This document shows, piece after piece, positions 49,292-54,945 of a DNA stretch of 64,000 nt. A program made the translations under genes and the position numbers. The notes under the pieces are model-generated. The model did no database searches. It saw nothing but the letters and a program-made list of their open reading frames with translations, and had not been told where the DNA came from. Origin of the DNA: Clostridia bacterium (GTDB taxonomy: Bacteria; Bacillota; Clostridia; UMGS1883); the NCBI GenBank assembly GCA_045651805.1, contig JAZRTB010000026.1, positions 283-64,282 of the forward strand, read 5' to 3'. Every line of letters begins with the position of its first letter. The first letter of the stretch is position 1.

Positions 49292-49326
49292 CACTTTGTG
49301 ACACTTTTGTGCACTTTCTTGCACTT
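49292..49326 (-). promoter_or_regulatory. Putative MraZ operator: four AAGTG boxes at exact 10-bp phasing
   Basis: On the plus strand CACTT starts at 49292, 49302, 49312 and 49322. This reads on the minus strand as cgAAGTGcaagaAAGTGcacaaAAGTGtcacaAAGTGgagg, directly upstream of the mraZ RBS. Confidence 0.5.
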
Positions 49327-49596
49327 CGAATATATTTTACTATACTTTTGACGAGATTTCAATACTTTTTTAAAATTTTTTCAAATTTTCGCAGATATTT
49401 TTTCGTGTTTGGATAATTGTGCAAAATATGGTAAATTTAGCCTTTTTCAACACCAAATATAGTGTCTGTTGCTGTTGCATTTTTTCTTAATTGTTTCATA
49501 AATATTAAATTTTTCTTAACAAGCTAATGTTTTTCAATCTTTACTTGCATTTTCACAAAAAAAGTAGTAAAATTAGTCTCAAGGAAGTGTATACAA

Positions 49597-50409
49597 ATGT
49601 TTAATTCACATACTCATACAGATTTTTCCCGTGATTGCAATGTTCCTATTGAGCAAATGTGTCTCGCGGCAATTGATGCAGGCTTTTCCGGACTCGCAAT
49701 AACGGACCACTATAACGGAGATTCCTGTGTTTCTGACAACTCCTACAGAAATGTTATCAAAAGTGTTGAAGAAGCTCGCAGGCTGAACGAAAAATATGGT
49801 GATAAGCTTCTTATTCTCGGTGGTGTTGAGACAAGCGACGTTCTTCGCAAACCCGACTATACTGCACGTTTTCTGAAGGCACTTCGTCCTGATAGCGTGA
49901 TATTCTCTGTTCACAATGTTTTTATTGATGCCATAACAAAAAATCTGTCCCGTATGGATTTCGGAAGTTTGACGGACGAAGAGGCTTACAGGGTTATAAA
50001 AGTTTATTTTGCAGAGCTTGCAGAGGGCGCAAAAAAAGCTGATTATGATATTCTTGCACATCTCACTCTTCCTCTCCGATATACAAACGGCAAACACGGA
50101 AAGAAGCTGACCCTTGACAGATTCAGCTGTGAGATAGAAAATATTCTTACCACTTTAATTGAAAGAGGAAAAGCACTTGAAATAAATACATCCGATGTAA
50201 ATCATCAGCTTTGTGACTTTATGCCCTACGAAAGTATCGTAAAAAAATATTACGGTCTCGGAGGCAGGCTTGTTACTATAGGAACTGATGCTCACGTCAC
50301 AAAGAATATCGATGCTGGATTTAACGAAGCAAGGGCAATGCTTAAAAATATCGGTTTCGAAAACTACCACTACTATAAAAACCGCAAACCCGTTAGCGTA
50401 AAGCTGTAA
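49597..50409 (+). CDS. PHP-family histidinol-phosphatase (HisJ/HisK type)
   Basis: 270 aa with an MFNSHTHTDFS N-terminal metal motif and further His/Asp motifs (TDH, GTDAH). Confidence 0.8.
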   Translation: MFNSHTHTDFSRDCNVPIEQMCLAAIDAGFSGLAITDHYNGDSCVSDNSYRNVIKSVEEARRLNEKYGDKLLILGGVETSDVLRKPDYTARFLKALRPDSVIFSVHNVFIDAITKNLSRMDFGSLTDEEAYRVIKVYFAELAEGAKKADYDILAHLTLPLRYTNGKHGKKLTLDRFSCEIENILTTLIERGKALEINTSDVNHQLCDFMPYESIVKKYYGLGGRLVTIGTDAHVTKNIDAGFNEARAMLKNIGFENYHYYKNRKPVSVKL

Positions 50410-50412
50410 AAC

Positions 50413-50451
50413 AAAAGGAAATTGTCGTTATTTTTGACAATTTCCTTTTTT
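50413..50451 (+). terminator. Terminator after the PHP phosphatase gene
   Basis: AAAAGGAAATTGTCG-TTATTTT-TGACAATTTCCTTTTTT. Confidence 0.75.
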
Positions 50452-50612
50452 TAAAAATTTATCTTGCATTTTTGTTTCTTCTATATTATAATTGTTGATG
50501 TTGTTAAGAACTTCTTATTCTAACAAACAATTTAACTCGTGAAAGGTTGGTAGCGAATTAATCGGCGTTAAAAATCTGCGTTTACAAAGATTTAGCCGAT
50601 ATGAGCGAGACC

Positions 50613-50640
50613 TTGCACGAAAAGGAAAAACAAATATAAT
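50613..50640 (+). promoter_or_regulatory. sigma-A-type promoter reading into the pseudo-tRNA/insert/tRNA-Pro unit
   Basis: TTGCAC, 16-nt spacer, TATAAT. Confidence 0.45.
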
Positions 50641-50693
50641 GTGCGTAGTTTTGCAACAGCATAACGGAGCAACATTCATTTTTGTTTTGACGC

Positions 50694-50730
50694 CGGGGTG
50701 TAGCGCAAAAAGGTAGCGCTCTGCTTTGGG
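50694..50730 (+). pseudogene. tRNA-Pro 5' half (positions 1-37), degenerate D-arm
   Basis: CGGGGTGTAGCGCAAAAAGGTAGCGCTCTGCTTTGGG compared with the intact CGGGGTGTAGCGCAGCTGGTAGCGCGCCTGCTTTGGG at 50909-50945. Confidence 0.8.
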
Positions 50731-50861
50731 CATTGAGCACGACCGCCGTCTGTGACGGATGAAGGGAGTGCGAAATGGAGCAGTGGTCGACAGATGTCAA
50801 GGTGATTTATCACCGAAGGCAGATGTCGGGTACCACAACGAGGCGGCGTAGCCGAGGATGC
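50731..50861 (+). repeat. Structured insert R, copy 1 (carries a 29-nt internal insertion), followed by tRNA-Pro positions 38-49
   Basis: Identical to 51287-51388 apart from 50799-50827. It ends ...GGCGGCGT then AGC(CG)AGGATGCCG, which matches tRNA positions 38-49 with a 2-nt insertion. Confidence 0.8.
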
Positions 50862-50908
50862 CGAGGCATCCTGCGTAATTTTTAAACATTTTAACTTAAT
50901 AACTATTT

Positions 50909-50984
50909 CGGGGTGTAGCGCAGCTGGTAGCGCGCCTGCTTTGGGAGCAGGATGCCGCAGGTTCAAGTCCTGTCACTCCGACCA
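50909..50984 (+). tRNA. tRNA-Pro (anticodon UGG), CCA encoded
   Basis: Hand-folded cloverleaf: acceptor CGGGGTG/CACTCCG, D-stem GCGC/GCGC, anticodon stem CCTGC/GCAGG, loop TTTGGGA, T-loop TTCAAGT. Confidence 0.93.
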
Positions 50985-51028
50985 AAAAATACAGCTGGTG
51001 CTTTAGCATCAGTTGTATTTTTTTTATT
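50985..51028 (+). terminator. tRNA-Pro terminator
   Basis: TACAGCTGGTGC-TTTA-GCATCAGTTGTA (two G.T pairs) followed by TTTTTTTT. Confidence 0.65.
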
Positions 51029-51094
51029 TATTGAAAAGGACTTGAACCTTAAGAAGGCAAACGCCGTTAAGAAAACGATTGATAATCGTTTTTA

Positions 51095-51187
51095 GGGGTT
51101 TGGTGCGTAGTCCGGTACCGAAATGCGAAGCATTTGGGTGGACAAGCAGGTAAGACGCGTAGCGGCTGTGTCCTGTCACTCCGACCA
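51095..51187 (+). ncRNA. tRNA-Pro-ended chimeric sequence X (non-tRNA body plus exact tRNA-Pro 3' end with CCA), candidate RNA gene or pseudogene
   Basis: It ends GTCCTGTCACTCCGACCAAAA, identical to 50968-50988. Its 5' GGGGT can pair with the 3' acceptor strand (5 bp). It has its own downstream terminator. The body does not fold as a cloverleaf. Confidence 0.35.
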
Positions 51188-51226
51188 AAACCGAGTGTTA
51201 ACCTTTTGGTTGATGCTCGGTTTTTT
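51187..51226 (+). terminator. Hairpin plus T-run after sequence X
   Basis: CCGAGTGTTAACC-TTTT-GGTTGATGCTCGG followed by TTTTTT. Confidence 0.55.
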
Positions 51227-51272
51227 ATCAGCTGTAAAAGCTTGAACCTGCGGGAACGCGCGAACGAAGCAG

Positions 51273-51388
51273 GCGCCTGCTTTGGGCATTGAGCACGACC
51301 GCCGTCTGTGACGGATGAAGGGAGTGCGAAATGGAGCAGTGGTCGACAGATGTCGGGTACCACAACGAGGCGGCGTAGCCGAGGATGC
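51273..51388 (+). repeat. tRNA-Pro fragment (positions ~24-37) plus structured insert R, copy 2, plus tRNA positions 38-47
   Basis: GCGCCTGCTTTGGG is followed by a 102-nt sequence identical to copy 1. The left edge is part of the perfect palindrome AAGCAGGCGCCTGCTT. Confidence 0.8.
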
Positions 51389-51484
51389 ATTTCTGTCAAT
51401 CCATATAAAAAACTTTTTCATTTAAATTGACAAATAATGTATGTAGTAGTAAAATTATGTTATATTATGAAAAAGAGGTGCTTT

Positions 51485-52279
51485 ATGAACGAATATCAGA
51501 ACAACCAATTTGATCAGAATGCTCAGCCGTACCAGCAGCCTGTACAGAACGAGCAGTCTTATCAGCAGCCTGTCCAGAATTGGCAGCAGCCCGTACAACC
51601 TATACCGCCTGTACAGCCCCAGTGGCAACCGGCAATTCCCGCAAAGAAAAGCAACAATGTACTTATTTCTATGATTGCAGGATTCCTTTGCATTATTATG
51701 GCATTTTCAAGCGTTGCCTATGCTTGTAGTGTACGTATCTTTGATATTCCGATTATCAGCTTTGTATTTAACATGGCGGGAGAGGATGTAGACGAAGAGT
51801 TTGACGTGATGATTTCAGAAATGGATGACGAAGTAGACGAAATGAGCGGCGAAGATGAGGAAGAGTTTGAAGATATTATGGGAGTAACTCCTGATGAATT
51901 TGTAGATGACTTTTCAAGACTTTCCATTAATTCTATGATTAAATGGGGAGACAATATAGTCGATGCCGCTGACGAGATTGAAGGCTTTGACTTTGACAGC
52001 GAAGAACTTGCTTCTTTCTACTATCTCCACGGACTTCGCCTTGGTCTTTACATCTATGCAGCCTTTATTTCTCTCTTTGTTCTTCTCGGAACACTTCTTA
52101 AGAGAAAGGCTCTTACAATTGTAGGTATGGTTTTAGGCGCATTATACATTCTTACTCTTGGCGGAGTAGTGTTCCTTGTTCTTTTCCTTGTAACAGGTAT
52201 TGTACAGTGCGTTTTTGCAACACGTTACAGAAAAGAGCTTAAGGCAGCTTCTCAGCCTCCCGTATACCCTGCATATTAA
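51485..52279 (+). CDS. hypothetical membrane protein (Q/P-rich N-terminus, acidic central region, C-terminal TM helices)
   Basis: Start at MNEYQNNQF behind an AGAGGTG RBS; a TTGACA-17-TAAAAT promoter lies at 51428-51456. QQPVQN repeats, then TM, then a D/E-rich segment, then 3 TM segments. Confidence 0.6.
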   Translation: MNEYQNNQFDQNAQPYQQPVQNEQSYQQPVQNWQQPVQPIPPVQPQWQPAIPAKKSNNVLISMIAGFLCIIMAFSSVAYACSVRIFDIPIISFVFNMAGEDVDEEFDVMISEMDDEVDEMSGEDEEEFEDIMGVTPDEFVDDFSRLSINSMIKWGDNIVDAADEIEGFDFDSEELASFYYLHGLRLGLYIYAAFISLFVLLGTLLKRKALTIVGMVLGALYILTLGGVVFLVLFLVTGIVQCVFATRYRKELKAASQPPVYPAY

Positions 52280-52282
52280 GAT

Positions 52283-52316
52283 AAAAGTGTGAAACTTCGG
52301 TTTCACACTTTTTTTG
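52283..52316 (+). terminator. Terminator (UUCG loop) after 51485-52279
   Basis: AAAAGTGTGAAAC-TTCG-GTTTCACACTTTTTTT. Confidence 0.8.
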
Positions 52317-52318
52317 CA

Positions 52319-52375
52319 TAAAAAAAGAAGTAGCCTCCGACTGCGTTTCTTTGCACACAACCGAAGGCTACTTCT
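52319..52375 (-). terminator. Orphan minus-strand intrinsic terminator
   Basis: On the minus strand AGAAGTAGCCTTCG...CGGAGGCTACTTCT is followed by TTTTTTT. No minus-strand CDS lies upstream of it. Confidence 0.55.
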
Positions 52376-52628
52376 GGTCACTCTTGATATCTATCATCTT
52401 TTGTTATCCTCTCTTTCTGCTGTTTGCCCTTCTGTTTAAACCAATTGAGTCATCTTCATTTCAAAGTTTGTTAAGGTTACTTTTCCATCGGACCGTACCT
52501 TCCTTTCCTTGATTAAAGAATAACATATTGCAATTACTTTTTCAATATGCAAGAAAACAGAAAGAAAACGGAAATTTTTGTTTTATTTGAATATTTACAA
52601 ATCACATATTATATGATATCATAAATAT

Positions 52629-52664
52629 GTTGGGGTCAAAAATCGGGCTGACACCAACTTTTTT
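52629..52664 (+). promoter_or_regulatory. Hairpin plus T-run immediately upstream of the GH42 RBS (possible attenuator)
   Basis: GTTGGGGTCA-AAAATCGGGC-TGACACCAAC followed by TTTTTT, 24 nt before the ATG. Confidence 0.4.
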
Positions 52665-52687
52665 AATATTACAAAGGAGATGCTTTT

Positions 52688-54667
52688 ATGAATTTAAAAT
52701 ATGGTTTTTCATATTATCCCGAGCATTGTAATTCTCTTGAAGAAATACAGCTTGATATAGACCTTATTGTAAAATCAGGCGCCAATGTTGTCCGTATGGG
52801 CGAATTTGCCTGGGACCAGATGGAAAAGCACGAGGGTGAGTACGATTTCAGCACATTTACATACACCGTTAATGAGCTTGGAAAATGCGGTGTCTACACA
52901 GTTATGTGTACCCCTACTTCCTGCCCGCCTGCCTGGATGATGAGAAAGCATCCCGAAATCAGTTATGTTGACTACAGAGGTGTCAAAAGACCTTTCGGAG
53001 CAAGACATCATTATTGCTACAACAGTCCTGTATACCGCGATTACTCGGAGAAAATCACTTCCGAGATGGCGAAGGAATACAAAGATAATCCCTATGTAAT
53101 CGGTTTCCAGATAGGAAACGAATTCGCACAGGAGCATTCGGGCCGATGTCATTGTCCCGTATGTGCAGAAAAATTCCGTACATATCTCAAGGACAAATAT
53201 AAGACCATCGACGGATTCAACTTCGCCTGCGGAACTTATGCATGGGGTGAAAGTTATACTTCTTTTGATGAGGTTGACCCGCCACACACAACTTATGAAG
53301 CAACCGAACCCGACCTGATTCACGATTTCTATGACAATCCCGGCTTGAGACTTAATTTCGAAAACTTCTGCAGTGATTCATTCTGCGAATACCTTGACGT
53401 TCAGCGAAAAGTTTTGCAAAAAACCGATAAAATCGTAACAACCAACTCCACAGGTCTTGGCAGAAATCAGATTAACTACTATGATTTCTTCAAGGACCTT
53501 GACCTTTTCGGTATGGATATATATCCCTCTCTTTGGGATCCTGACCACAAGGTGAGCCAGCTTACATACGCATTCTGCCGTTCTATAATGAAAAAGCCTT
53601 TCTGGGCACTTGAATTTGCAATCGGGGGCGGTCACGGTCTCTGGGCAAAAGAAGGCAGACTTCAGCCGGTTCCCGGAGCAATTGAGCTTGAGGTAATGCA
53701 CGCATTTGCGAGCGGAGCAGAACTTCTTGCTCATTTCCAGTACAAGCAGTTCAGAAGCGGTGCAGAACAGCTTAACTATGCACTTCTTGAAACTGACAGA
53801 GTGCCGAGAAGAAGATATTTTGAATTTCAAAAAACCGCAAAGGCTATAGAAAAGTACGAGCCTATTCTTGAAAGCACATTTGTAAAGAAACCGCAGACTG
53901 CAATTATATTTGATTACAACGCTTTGTGGACCCTTCTTATAAAGCCTGTTAACCACGACTTTTCTTACATAGAATTTATGGCGAAATTCTACGACACACT
54001 TCGTTCAATCGGTGTTGAGGCAGATATTGTGCCTCCCACGGCAGATTTATCGGAATATTCCCTCGTTATCTCGCCTGCTCCAATTGTGACAAATATGGAA
54101 TATATCGAAAATTTGAAAAACTACGTTAAAAACGGTGGTAATCTTCTCGGCACATTCCTTACATCCGTCAAGGATTATGATAACGTCGGCTACGACGTAT
54201 CGCTTCCCTCATACCTTACAGATGTGTACGGAATAAGAGTGAGCGAGTTTGAGCCTGTGTTTGAATCCTCCCGTGCTAATATTGACCTCGGTTTTGCAAA
54301 GTCGCTCAATTACCATTGGATTGATGAGCTTGAGTGTACAACTGCAACTGCAATCGGCACATTCAGCGATACCTACCGCAAAGGAAAGGCTGTCATTACA
54401 AAGAACATCTATAACAAGGGTACTGCATATTATATGGGTACAATGCTTGATGATTGTGCATTCAAGGCACTCCTTGAACGGGTGACGGATGAATGTAATA
54501 TAGAAAAAGTTCCGTTCAGTTTCCCTGAAAGCTGTACTGTTGTAACCCGTGAGGGCGACGAAAAAACATACTATTTCATTATGAACTACGACAAAGAAGA
54601 AGTAAGCATTGAATTTAACGGCAAAGAAATTAAAATCGCACCGATAAGTTATGCGGTGGCAAAATAA
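52688..54667 (+). CDS. GH42-family beta-galactosidase
   Basis: 659 aa. The N-terminus YYPEHCNSLEEIQLDIDLIVKSGANVVRMGEFAWDQME and the Cys cluster CHCPVC are typical of GH42. Confidence 0.9.
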   Translation: MNLKYGFSYYPEHCNSLEEIQLDIDLIVKSGANVVRMGEFAWDQMEKHEGEYDFSTFTYTVNELGKCGVYTVMCTPTSCPPAWMMRKHPEISYVDYRGVKRPFGARHHYCYNSPVYRDYSEKITSEMAKEYKDNPYVIGFQIGNEFAQEHSGRCHCPVCAEKFRTYLKDKYKTIDGFNFACGTYAWGESYTSFDEVDPPHTTYEATEPDLIHDFYDNPGLRLNFENFCSDSFCEYLDVQRKVLQKTDKIVTTNSTGLGRNQINYYDFFKDLDLFGMDIYPSLWDPDHKVSQLTYAFCRSIMKKPFWALEFAIGGGHGLWAKEGRLQPVPGAIELEVMHAFASGAELLAHFQYKQFRSGAEQLNYALLETDRVPRRRYFEFQKTAKAIEKYEPILESTFVKKPQTAIIFDYNALWTLLIKPVNHDFSYIEFMAKFYDTLRSIGVEADIVPPTADLSEYSLVISPAPIVTNMEYIENLKNYVKNGGNLLGTFLTSVKDYDNVGYDVSLPSYLTDVYGIRVSEFEPVFESSRANIDLGFAKSLNYHWIDELECTTATAIGTFSDTYRKGKAVITKNIYNKGTAYYMGTMLDDCAFKALLERVTDECNIEKVPFSFPESCTVVTREGDEKTYYFIMNYDKEEVSIEFNGKEIKIAPISYAVAK

Positions 54668-54668
54668 T

Positions 54669-54711
54669 CAAAGTGGGTGTAAAGAAACCGAGTTTCTTTA
54701 CACCCACTTTT
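54669..54711. terminator. Bidirectional terminator between GH42 and element C/maa
   Basis: AAAGTGGGTGTAAAGAAAC-CGA-GTTTCTTTACACCCACTTT has a 19-bp stem. Confidence 0.8.
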
Positions 54712-54715
54712 GATT

Positions 54716-54940
54716 GGGAATAGGAAAAAATGCTTCAGAACGGACAAACTGGGCCCGAAGGCGTACAAAGGTACGTCGAGAGGCGAAGTTTGTTCAAAAC
54801 ACAAGGCGTTAAAACAGAAGAAATTCGTCAAACGACGAATTTCTTCCTTAAGATTATTTTATATTGTAGTTATGATTAAACGGCTTTGCTATGGCATATA
54901 TTTCGCCTTGTGTGGTGTACACATTTTGCTACAGCCTATT
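54716..54940 (-). repeat. Copy C of the structured element (3' two-thirds well conserved, 5' end degenerate)
   Basis: The minus strand ends GTTCTGAAGCATTTTTTCCTATTCCC. The core is GAACAAACTTCGCCTCTCGACGTACCTTTGTACGCCTTCGGGCCCAGTTTGTCC and the P1 equivalent is CACAAGGCG/CGCCTTGTG. The 5' boundary is uncertain. Confidence 0.7.
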
Positions 54941-54945
54941 TCTGT

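Noticed and set aside
50731-50861. Insert R as a hammerhead ribozyme (CGGAUGAAG ... CGAAAUGG) or as a group I/II intron.
   Set aside because: - Hammerhead: the core needs CUGAnGA, and here the U is replaced (CGGAUGA). Flanking stems do not fit.
- Group I intron: R is about 100 nt, well below group I size. No 3' exon (T-arm/acceptor) follows, and the 5' exon does not end in U.
- Group II intron: there is no GUGYG at the 5' end.

None of these is excluded rigorously without a covariance-model search.
50515-51421. Five minus-strand ORFs of 72-110 aa (50515-50733, 50582-50800, 50676-50966, 51067-51399, 51176-51421). Two of them share a DICRPLLHFALPSSVTDGGRAQCPKQ peptide.
   Set aside because: They run antisense through tRNA-Pro, the tRNA fragments and the R repeats. 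The shared peptide is simply the translated repeat. In addition, the 29-nt insertion in R copy 1 breaks any common frame, and no RBS is present.
50400-52300. Integrated prophage or genomic island at tRNA-Pro.
   Set aside because: tRNA fragments resembling att remnants are present. However, there is no integrase, excisionase or other mobile-element ORF in the interval, and only about 200-500 bp separate the fragments. At most this is a decayed scar.
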